The notes under the pieces were generated by a model, which saw nothing but the letters and a program-made list of their open reading frames with translations, searched no databases and was not told where the DNA came from. From Candidatus Electrothrix yaqonensis (GTDB lineage Bacteria > Desulfobacterota > Desulfobulbia > Desulfobulbales > Desulfobulbaceae), in assembly GCA_047651235.1 (NCBI GenBank), contig CP178758.1, positions 2,670,001 through 2,702,000 of the forward strand: DNA of 32,000 bases, in the 5' to 3' direction. Positions 1-6,879 of the stretch are shown here, piece by piece. Position numbers and translations under genes: made by a program. The first letter of the stretch is position 1; every line of letters begins with the position of its first letter.

Positions 1-515
1 CCAACTTTGCCGCCACTGCAGGCAATCAGTGGTTCGAGCGCACTCTGGATGACTCGGCTATCCGCCGCATGGACATAGCTCAGGCTTTTCTGCTCACTGA
101 TGCCATCCTGAAGCTCTATGTGAATATCACCAGCGATATGGTAGTCTATCCCAAGCAGATAGAACGCTATCTGCGGGCGGAGCTGCCCTTCATGTCCACG
201 GAAAAAATTCTCATGGCCTGCGTAGAGCAGGGCAAGAGCCGACAGGAGATGCACGAGGTGATCCGGGAGCATTCAGTGGCTGCAGGGCTGGCCGTCAAGG
301 AGCAGGGCTTGGAGAACGATCTTTTGAATCGCTTGGCTGAGGACGAGCGCGTTCCTTTCTCACAGGAAGAGCTGGAAGGGATGATCAGCAATTATCAGGA
401 ATTCACCGGCCGGGCTGCTGAGCAGACCGAAGAGTTTCTGGATGAGGTGGTGACCCCGATTCTGAAAAAATACCGGAATCAGATCGGTGGAATCGATGCC
501 TCGCTCAAGGTGTAA
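1..515 (+). CDS. purB: adenylosuccinate lyase, C-terminal part (5' end lies outside the window)
   Basis: Frame 3 is open from base 3: NFAATAGNQWFERTLDDSAIRR precedes the tracked Met at 69. The QWFERTLDDS motif and the C-terminal region are PurB-like. Stop TAA at 513-515. Confidence 0.9.
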   Translation, partial: NFAATAGNQWFERTLDDSAIRRMDIAQAFLLTDAILKLYVNITSDMVVYPKQIERYLRAELPFMSTEKILMACVEQGKSRQEMHEVIREHSVAAGLAVKEQGLENDLLNRLAEDERVPFSQEELEGMISNYQEFTGRAAEQTEEFLDEVVTPILKKYRNQIGGIDASLKV

Positions 516-531
516 TTCGGCGGCTCCGGCA

Positions 532-726
532 GTGCATACCTTTTATCTCAAAATCAGAACGGACCGGATCAGCCTGTTCCGCTTTCTGCTGGAAGGTTAC
601 GACGGGCTGGCTACCCTGTCCACGGTGGATGTGCGGCAGGGGGTGGTCCGCTTGATTGTGCCGAAATCCAGATATACTGAACTCTGGCAGCTCCTCACGG
701 CAATCTGTGGAGAGCTGCGTCCGTAA
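532..726 (+). CDS. DUF4911 domain protein
   Basis: The tracked ORF is 487-726. The sequence HTFYLKIRTDRISLFRFLLEGYDGLATLSTVD matches the small DUF4911 family, which I recall usually sits right after purB in deltaproteobacteria. The in-frame GTG at 532 avoids overlap with purB; the start is uncertain (ATG 487/496 are possible). Confidence 0.6.
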   Translation: MHTFYLKIRTDRISLFRFLLEGYDGLATLSTVDVRQGVVRLIVPKSRYTELWQLLTAICGELRP

Positions 727-915
727 CGGGCCAAAGAATTTAATTTCTTTTTCTTTCGTACCCTATAACCATACGTTACCCATTCATGTCTTTGGCTTTT
801 ATATATTATTAATAATTGTCTAAAGTTATATGTTTTGACAAACGCACTATGCTGAGATTTTCTGCATTGTTCTCCATCATTTCAAAAAGTGTTACCGATT
901 CAGGCAACCCTGGAT

Positions 916-1400
916 TCAAGTGATAAGTGCATAACCCATAATTTTTCTGACATCTACCCCTGTCAGTTTCTCAAATAGGGTGTTTTAAATTTGAGACATT
1001 TTCTCGGCCTGCTGTTAATTCTACTTTGGCGATCATAAACATAACTAGCTTATTTTTATTAAGTATTTAAAAACCCCTGTTTTTAGCATTATTAATATTA
1101 TTAAATAGTTAATGGTATGGTCACCAAAGTAGAATTAAGCTTGTCCACAGCACTCACGACCTGCTGCACAGTGATATCAACTAATTCGATATTCTTCGGA
1201 AAATATTGCCGTAACAGACCGTTGGCATTCTCATTCTGTCCTCGTTCCCGGGAGTGGTAAGGTTTGGCGAAATAGGTCTCACATTCAATTTCCTTAGCGA
1301 TCTCCTCATGAAGAGTGAATTCCTTGCCGTTATCAAAAGTTATTGTTTTAACAGACTGTTTTACAGGAGAAAACAATGCGGCCATCGCATCTTTGACATA
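916..1400 (-). pseudogene. IS30-family transposase remnant (N-terminal ~200 aa missing, interrupted at 1019-1134, probable frameshift near 975-980)
   Basis: Tracked ORF 1101-1439 reads TFDNGKEF...YFAKPYHSRERGQNENANGLLRQYFPK...VDKLN, the IS30 DDE C-terminal half. The expected continuation SRPRKCLKFKTP is found at 1013-978, beyond a 116-bp insertion. Another frame then reads LFEKLTGVDVRKIMGYALIT* down to 916. Confidence 0.75.
1019..1134. mobile_element. MITE-like 116-bp non-coding insertion with 17-bp terminal inverted repeats and a TTAA (or TA) target duplication
   Basis: Left end is ttctactttggcgatca (1019-1035). The right end reverse-complements to ttctactttggtgacca (1118-1134), a 15/17 match. 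TTAA occurs at 1015-1018 and 1135-1138. Deleting the element plus one TTAA rejoins the IS30 frame as ...VDKLN|SRPRKC. The AT-rich interior has no ORF. Confidence 0.6.
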
Positions 1401-1509
1401 TTTTCTGTGTGCCACAACGCGCAACAGTTTCATAACCACATACCGGGCAAATGCCTCTACCTTTAGGAAAGGGCATCACCCTTTCTCCGTCTACTATGGA
1501 AAATTTCAT
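1348..1509 (-). pseudogene. N-terminal stub of a CoiA-like (zinc-ribbon plus nuclease family) protein, truncated at about 1400 by the IS30 remnant
   Basis: My own translation gives MKFSIVDGERVMPFPKGRGICPVCGYETVARCGTQKI..., which matches my memory of the CoiA-like N-terminal pattern (short beta hairpin, then CPxCG...x(K/R)CG). The expected HFAH/WHWAH motif that should follow is absent. The ORF is 53 aa and so below the track cutoff. Confidence 0.3.
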
Positions 1510-1558
1510 TTTTTTTGAGCCTTAATTTTTTGCTTCAGTAGTCAAACTTATGGGAGTA

Positions 1559-1720
1559 TTAAAAACGAATGCCAAATAATGAAATACACATAAAGAGAAG
1601 CGACCAAATACACGATCCAACTCCAATTCCACCTAATATTCCTGTTAACAATCGTCTATAATTTGTTGATGGAAGGATATGGAAAAATTGTAACGACCAA
1701 TCAAATAATATTATAGCCAT
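1559..1720 (-). CDS. possible 53-aa small membrane protein (untracked micro-ORF)
   Basis: My own translation gives MAIILFDWSLQFFHILPSTNYRRLLTGILGGIGVGSCIWSLLFMCISLFGIRF*. It has a basic YRR followed by a ~28-residue hydrophobic segment. It lies 60 nt downstream of the 204-aa gene on the same strand. No Shine-Dalgarno sequence is visible. Confidence 0.25.
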   Translation of the reverse strand: MAIILFDWSLQFFHILPSTNYRRLLTGILGGIGVGSCIWSLLFMCISLFGIRF

Positions 1721-1780
1721 AAAAAGTAGGCTGACATAAAAACTTGGAAGAAGACCGAAGAGGAATAAGAAAGGTGGAGA

Positions 1781-2395
1781 TTAAGTCACAGGGTATTGTT
1801 CATAACCCCGCAGTACATTTTCATGAAATCTACAGAAATGTATTGATAGTTTCAGTAAAAATAAATAGAAGCCAGCCTGACTCAGTGTGAATTCTTTTTT
1901 ATTTTCAGCTTTGTTATAAAAATAAGGTGCCGGTACGTTATGAAGATCATCTAATACTGCGATATACTCCGATTTTAAGCCTCCTCCTTTGGGAAGATAG
2001 AACAAAGAGGTCACTCGTTGCTGTTTAATTGTACTCATTTTCGATGAAATTTTATTTCGATCAATTCCTCGTTGAATAAGCAATTTCTCATATGAATCAA
2101 GCAAAATGATTGGTGCAAAAACAATACGCACCGGAATGTCTCTTGCATTATCTGAGCTAATATCACAACTATTACTTAGGATGATTCCCTTTATAGATTT
2201 TCGTTCAGCCGTTTGCAGGTTGATTATATCAAGATTGTTCCAGCCATCTCCTTGCAGTAAATCATTTTGGTGTTTCAAGGTGTAATAATTCATCTTGTCA
2301 GGAAAGGCATCAAGAGCTTCTGTTAACTCTTTTTTGCCTTCCTGAGTCAAATAGTATGGGATATGATCTTTAATATCATCTACTGTAATGCCCAT
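1781..2395 (-). CDS. hypothetical protein, 204 aa, no family recognised
   Basis: Long ORF in an AT-rich block with protein-like composition. Candidate motifs are LLQGDGW and ILSNSCDISSD. It is the third gene of a tightly packed minus-strand cassette. Confidence 0.7.
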   Translation of the reverse strand: MGITVDDIKDHIPYYLTQEGKKELTEALDAFPDKMNYYTLKHQNDLLQGDGWNNLDIINLQTAERKSIKGIILSNSCDISSDNARDIPVRIVFAPIILLDSYEKLLIQRGIDRNKISSKMSTIKQQRVTSLFYLPKGGGLKSEYIAVLDDLHNVPAPYFYNKAENKKEFTLSQAGFYLFLLKLSIHFCRFHENVLRGYEQYPVT

Positions 2396-2402
2396 AAATT
2401 AC

Positions 2403-2741
2403 TCAGCTCTGATATAAATCCCAAAGGTCTTCAAATAAGACGTGCTCAAACTCAGAGCCAAGAGGTTCTTGATTTGCAGATAATTTGGAAAAAAAATTTG
2501 TAATAACAGTCTCTACTTCTTCAGATGAAGAATGCTGCTCAGGCAAAGAATCTCTGGTTGATTCGTATGTGGAAGAAATTCCACTATTGATAGAATCATA
2601 ATTGCTGCTTGCTGTACAGGGTGGAATATTTAAAGAGAGATCATCAGTGACACTTGGCGACAAACAAGTGCTGGCCAATATTCCTGATATTATTAAAGTG
2701 GAAAATGTCTGCGTTCTATGATGCGTTTGATATTTATTCAT
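2403..2741 (-). CDS. hypothetical Ser/Thr-rich small protein (112 aa from Met16 of the tracked ORF)
   Basis: The ATG at 2741 overlaps the upstream stop by 8 nt (ATGAATAA). The protein has a hydrophobic N-terminal segment FSTLIISGILASTCL, a low-complexity Ser-rich middle and an acidic C-terminus EFEHVLFEDLWDLYQS. It ends 7 nt before the next gene. Confidence 0.5.
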   Translation of the reverse strand: MNKYQTHHRTQTFSTLIISGILASTCLSPSVTDDLSLNIPPCTASSNYDSINSGISSTYESTRDSLPEQHSSSEEVETVITNFFSKLSANQEPLGSEFEHVLFEDLWDLYQS

Positions 2742-3480
2742 ACTCTGGCTCCAGTTGCATGAGAGTCGTTTCAGTAAGGCAATCAAAGAATGTTTCCTTA
2801 TTTACATCATGGATATGCTCAAGCACTTCATTCAACGCCTCCTCCTCAAGTTGTTTAACCGGGATATTGTCAGTCTCTTTTATCGTGTCAATATCAATTA
2901 GCACCCCTTCAAGCATAGTCTTGTCCGGCATGGTTACTTTTGCTCCAGAGACTATCTGGACAATATTAATAAGTCCATCAACTGGAATATCCATCCGTAC
3001 TTGATAAGACTCTTTAGTTAGCTTATGGCTTCCTACTGTCAGCGACAAGTTAGCTAGATTGACTTGTTCAGTGGGGTCAGTCGCCTGAATAAGATCAATA
3101 TACTTAATTGAATAGCGTATAAATTGATCGACCAAATTACTTTTCTTTACGATGCGAATTATTTCAATAATTTTTGACTTGAACTCAATCCAGCCTCTGT
3201 AAGGCAACTTACAAGTAACAGCTATACTGTGATCACCTATCAATATACCATAATTATCTAAATTTATACGAATAAGCGGAGCATATTTCAGTTTAGGGTC
3301 ACGGTTTCGTATTACTTCAGGTATGTCAAGCTGAGGAAGCCGTTCCAGCTGTTTTTCTTCACTAAGCTCGGAAAAAAGAACTCCTGGCAATATATTTGAT
3401 AAAGGAAGGGGAGCGATAAAACGGCACTCAAATACTGCGTCTAATAACGGTTCGTTGCGAAGTCGTGTTGGAAGTTTCAT
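2734..3480 (-). CDS. TIGR04255-like uncharacterised protein (248 aa)
   Basis: The N-terminus LRNEPLLDAVFECRF...LPGVLFSEL fits my memory of the TIGR04255 family signature (PLxEAVxExRF near the N-terminus, ~250-270 aa, sporadic distribution). Assignment not searched. Confidence 0.6.
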   Translation of the reverse strand: MKLPTRLRNEPLLDAVFECRFIAPLPLSNILPGVLFSELSEEKQLERLPQLDIPEVIRNRDPKLKYAPLIRINLDNYGILIGDHSIAVTCKLPYRGWIEFKSKIIEIIRIVKKSNLVDQFIRYSIKYIDLIQATDPTEQVNLANLSLTVGSHKLTKESYQVRMDIPVDGLINIVQIVSGAKVTMPDKTMLEGVLIDIDTIKETDNIPVKQLEEEALNEVLEHIHDVNKETFFDCLTETTLMQLEPEYE

Positions 3481-3639
3481 AGTTGTTTTTTTGAAAATTT
3501 GTAATTATCTTGCCCCTTGATTCTGCAATCCTTACAGAATTTACACGCATCCACAATATTCTTCTGAGTCTTAGCATTGCCCCAATCTCTTTTGTACCAT
3601 CTCCCAAGTTTGGCTTCAAGCGTATTTTACACTTCTTGA

Positions 3640-3880
3640 ATCTTCAGTACCCGGATTGGTCTGTCTGATTTTATCTTCAAACGGGCAAAGAAGCAGTACG
3701 GCAAAAGCGTAACCAAGGAAGATATTTTCTATTATGTGTACGGCATCCTGCACAGCCCGGAATACCGCACCGCCTTTGCTTTGCCAACGACCTGAAAAAG
3801 ACGCTCCCCCGCCTGCCCCTGCTCGACAGCGCAAAAGACTTTTGGGCCTTCAGTAAAGTGGGCCGTTTTTGTACCCGCTT
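3640..3880 (+). pseudogene. C-terminal relic of a type ISP restriction-modification enzyme / N6-DNA methylase, frameshifted
   Basis: One frame reads GLSDFIFKRAKKQYGKSVTKEDIFYYVYGILHSPEYRTAFA and then stops. The family-typical continuation ANDLKKTLPRLPLLDSAKDFWAFSKVGR is in another frame starting at 3783. The shift sits at the local duplication gcctttgctttgcc. There is no upstream catalytic part. Confidence 0.6.
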
Positions 3881-3929
3881 TATGCGGTTGATGTCAACGG
3901 AAAAGAATGGACGGCAAGGAAGGAAAGGC

Positions 3930-3967
3930 AAAAAAAAACCTGCTCACCAATGAAGGCTGCGGGTTTT
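3930..3967 (-). terminator. possible intrinsic terminator downstream of tRNA-Leu
   Basis: On the minus strand an imperfect stem (cccgc...gcagg, one mismatch) is followed by a run of 9 T (3930-3938). The stem is weak. Confidence 0.3.
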
Positions 3968-4003
3968 ATAAAACGTCAAAGGACGACGTGATACTCAATA
4001 ATA

Positions 4004-4090
4004 TGGTGCCGAAGGGGAGAGTCGAACTCCCACGAGCGTACGCTCACTAGACCCTGAACCTAGCGCGTCTACCAGTTCCGCCACTTCGGC
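4004..4090 (-). tRNA. tRNA-Leu (anticodon CAG), CCA encoded
   Basis: The reverse complement folds by hand as a class II tRNA. Acceptor GCCGAAG/CTTCGGC. Anticodon stem CTAGG/TCTAG with loop TTCAGGG. Long variable arm GAGCG-TA-CGCTC. T arm GGGAG-TTCGACT-CTCCC. Discriminator A followed by CCA. Confidence 0.95.
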
Positions 4091-4319
4091 ACGGCGAAAG
4101 GAATATGCCTTATTTCTGTTCTGCTGTCAACACCTTTTTACCATCCTTTCTGTAAAAAAATGAATCTTCATCTCATGAGAACCCATGAACTGTTTGCGGG
4201 TTTTGTCAGGTTAGAGTACATATTGTGTTTTGCCTTAAAAAATCTGCGTGTTTTCCTGAAACAGTCGATTGGTTCAGGAAACTCCAGACGCTCCATATCA
4301 AGCGAGGCAATTCAAATAT

Positions 4320-5297
4320 ATGCAGCTGTATAGAAATCTACAAGAAATCACAACTCCCTTTAAACGACCAATTGTCACCATAGGCAATTTCGACGGCGTG
4401 CATCTGGGCCACCAGCAGCTGTTCAGCGAAGTGGTCAGCCGTGCCCGGCAGAACGGCGGTACCTCGGTGGCCATCACCTTTGATCCGCATCCGCTCAAAG
4501 TGCTGCGGCCCGACGGCATCCGCCTGATCTCCACAACCCGGCAGAAAATCGAGCTGATCCGCATGGCCGGTATTGATGCGCTGCTCATCCTGCCCTTTGA
4601 CCGGCAGCTGGCTGCCACCACGGCAACCGATTTTATTGACAGAATACTTGTCAGCACCATCGGGGTCCGGGAGCTGATCGTGGGATATGACTATGCCTTC
4701 GGCCGGGGTCGAGAAGGCAATATTGATTTTCTGCGCAGCCAAGGCAACGAAAAAGGATTTTCCGTCAGCGTGGTGGAGGCCCATTATGAGGACGAGATGC
4801 TGGTGTCCAGCACCAAAATCCGGGAACTGGTCATGGAAGGCAGGATGCGAGACGTCCGTACATTACTGGGCCGCTGCTATCATATTCATGGCGAGGTGCA
4901 GCGGGGCAGGCAGCGGGGCGGTTCTGAGGTCGGCTTTCCTACGGCCAATCTGAAGCTCTCTGAGGAGGATCTCTGTCCAAAAAAGGGCGTCTACGTCACG
5001 CAGGTGATGTACAACGGCAAGGTATACGGCAGCATTTCCAATATCGGGTATAATCCCACCTTCGGGGAAAACGAATTAGTTGCGGAAACTCATATTTTTG
5101 ATTTTAATGATGATATCTACGGGCAGCCCATCTGTCTCAACCTGCTCCGTCATCTGCGCGGGGAGATCAGATTCAACTCGGTGGAAGAGCTTTCAGCCCA
5201 GATCCGCCGGGATATCGAGACAGCCCGGCAGGTGCTGGCTGATGCGGCCAAAGAACGGCTGCTCTGCTGCGAAGAAGGATTTGCTGCTGATGCATGA
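4320..5297 (+). CDS. ribF: bifunctional riboflavin kinase / FAD synthetase
   Basis: TIGNFDGVHLGHQ motif, and the C-terminal riboflavin kinase part GFPTANL...ETHIFDF. The tracked ORF starts at a TTG at 4269; the ATG at 4320 (MQLYRNL...) gives the usual N-terminal spacing. Confidence 0.9.
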   Translation: MQLYRNLQEITTPFKRPIVTIGNFDGVHLGHQQLFSEVVSRARQNGGTSVAITFDPHPLKVLRPDGIRLISTTRQKIELIRMAGIDALLILPFDRQLAATTATDFIDRILVSTIGVRELIVGYDYAFGRGREGNIDFLRSQGNEKGFSVSVVEAHYEDEMLVSSTKIRELVMEGRMRDVRTLLGRCYHIHGEVQRGRQRGGSEVGFPTANLKLSEEDLCPKKGVYVTQVMYNGKVYGSISNIGYNPTFGENELVAETHIFDFNDDIYGQPICLNLLRHLRGEIRFNSVEELSAQIRRDIETARQVLADAAKERLLCCEEGFAADA

Positions 5298-5390
5298 ATT
5301 GCATGAAGGAGCCTGCTCCCCCGCGCCGAGAGGCCGGAAGGTTCATCTTTTCCAGATTATTTTTATTTTTTTTACAACGTAGAGGGTATT

Positions 5391-6764
5391 ATGTCGGAAC
5401 CACTGAACTGTTTTACTGCGTATGACGTCCGGGGGCGTGTGCCCGAAGAACTGAACAGCGACATTGCCGCCCGTATCGGACTGGCCTTCTGCCGTCAGAT
5501 CAAGGCCCGCAAAGTGGTTGTCGGTCAGGACATGCGCCTCTCCAGCCCGAAACTTGCCGCCACCCTGTGCACGGTTCTGACCAAAGCAGGCATTGATGCT
5601 GTGGATATCGGGCAGTGCGGGACTGAAGAGATGTATTTTGCCGTGTTTCAGGGTGAGAATGAAGGTATTGACGGCGGCATTATGATCACAGCCAGTCATA
5701 ATCCGGCAGACTACAACGGCATGAAATTTGTCCGCCAGGGAGCCGTGCCGATATCAGGCGATTCCGGCCTGCGTGACGTTGCCGAGACAGCCTCCTCGCC
5801 TGACTGGTTCCGCGATACCCTGCCGCAGCATCCCGGCCGGATCGGCAGCCACCGCAAGATGCCCAACAAATACCAGTATATTTTCCGACTCCTGTCTTCT
5901 GTCGATACAGACAGCCTGAAACCGCTGAAGCTGGTGGTCAATGCAGGCAACGGCTGTGCCGGGCCGGTGATCGATCTGCTGGAACAGCGGCTGCCTTTCA
6001 CCTTTATCAAGCTCAACCACCGGCCGGACGGCACCTTCCCAAATGGTGTGCCTAACCCGCTGCTCCCGGAAAACCGCGAGGAGACTGCCCGGGCCGTGCG
6101 CGAACACGGAGCTGATCTCGGCATTGCCTGGGACGGCGATTATGACCGGTGTTTTTTCTTTGATGAGAACGGCCGTTTTATTGAAGGATATTATATCGTC
6201 GGCCTGCTGGCGGCTGCCATGCTCAAACTCCATCCCGGCGCAACCATTCTTCATGATCCCCGGCTGATCTGGAATACCCGGGAGATGATTGAGGCTGCCG
6301 GAGGTAAGGCAGTGATGAGCAAAACCGGTCATGCCTTTATCAAGGAGGCCATGCGCCGGGAGGACGCAGTCTATGGTGGTGAGATGTCAGCTCACCATTA
6401 TTTCAGGGATTTCGGCTACTGCGATTCCGGTATGTTGCCCTGGCTGCTGGTCTGCCAGCTGCTCAGCGAGCAGGATACCACGTTGTCTGCTCTGATTGAT
6501 GAACGGATGCAGGCCTATCCGGTGAGCGGTGAAATCAACTCCACAGTGGCTGATCCGGATGCCGTGCTCCGCAAGGTGGAGGAAAAGTACAGCGATGGTG
6601 AAAAAGATTATACAGATGGCCTTTCTGTCGCCTATCAGGAATACCGTTTCAATCTCCGCAAATCCAACACCGAGCCGGTGCTCCGCCTGAATGTGGAGAG
6701 CCGTGCCGACGAACAGCTGGTCCAAGAGAAAACCGAAGAGCTGCTGGCCCTGATCAGAGGATGA
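5391..6764 (+). CDS. manB: phosphomannomutase / phosphoglucomutase (ManB/CpsG type)
   Basis: Collinear with my memory of E. coli ManB: FTAYDVRG, the TASHNPADYNGMKF active-site serine loop, and DGDYDRCFFFD. Confidence 0.9.
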   Translation: MSEPLNCFTAYDVRGRVPEELNSDIAARIGLAFCRQIKARKVVVGQDMRLSSPKLAATLCTVLTKAGIDAVDIGQCGTEEMYFAVFQGENEGIDGGIMITASHNPADYNGMKFVRQGAVPISGDSGLRDVAETASSPDWFRDTLPQHPGRIGSHRKMPNKYQYIFRLLSSVDTDSLKPLKLVVNAGNGCAGPVIDLLEQRLPFTFIKLNHRPDGTFPNGVPNPLLPENREETARAVREHGADLGIAWDGDYDRCFFFDENGRFIEGYYIVGLLAAAMLKLHPGATILHDPRLIWNTREMIEAAGGKAVMSKTGHAFIKEAMRREDAVYGGEMSAHHYFRDFGYCDSGMLPWLLVCQLLSEQDTTLSALIDERMQAYPVSGEINSTVADPDAVLRKVEEKYSDGEKDYTDGLSVAYQEYRFNLRKSNTEPVLRLNVESRADEQLVQEKTEELLALIRG

Positions 6765-6879
6765 GCCTGTCCTGCTTATGCAAGCAGTTACAATCTGATG
6801 TTACACAGCCTAAACGCAAAATCGACAGATTCCCCGTTTGGGCTGTCCCGTCATTCAGCTCTTTTTCTTTGTAGCCCCC

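Noticed and set aside
727-1100. Search for a direct repeat of the tRNA-Leu 3' end (an att site) at the far border of the island.
   Set aside because: I could not find any segment resembling tggtgccgaaggggagagtcgaac or its 3' part by eye, so no att site is claimed.
2403-2786. Long form of the small ORF (127 aa from 2786) and a possible lipoprotein signal (ILASTC).
   Set aside because: The long form would overlap the upstream gene by 53 nt, whereas the ATG at 2741 gives a typical 8-nt coupling overlap. LASTC does not fit the lipobox [LVI][ASTVI][GAS]C, so no lipoprotein call is made.
3481-3622. Minus-strand frame reading ...LEAKLGRWYKRDWGNAKTQKNIVDACKFCKDCRIKGQDNYKFSKKQL*, whose TGA overlaps the ATG of the TIGR04255-like gene.
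   Set aside because: The frame opens directly after a stop codon and has no ATG, only an internal GTG that leaves 25 aa. It is more likely promoter/leader DNA or a dead fragment than a gene.
1533-3649. 8-bp direct repeat cttcagta at 1533-1540 and 3642-3649, roughly bracketing the AT-rich cassette; a possible target-site duplication.
   Set aside because: The match is only 8 bp and does not extend. I searched flexible ~100-bp zones on both sides, so a chance match is quite likely. There are no terminal inverted repeats next to the two copies.
3616-3931. 72-aa and 84-aa minus-strand ORFs (Arg/Gly-rich).
   Set aside because: The plus strand here encodes the recognisable type ISP C-terminal relic, and the minus-strand frames are its shadows.
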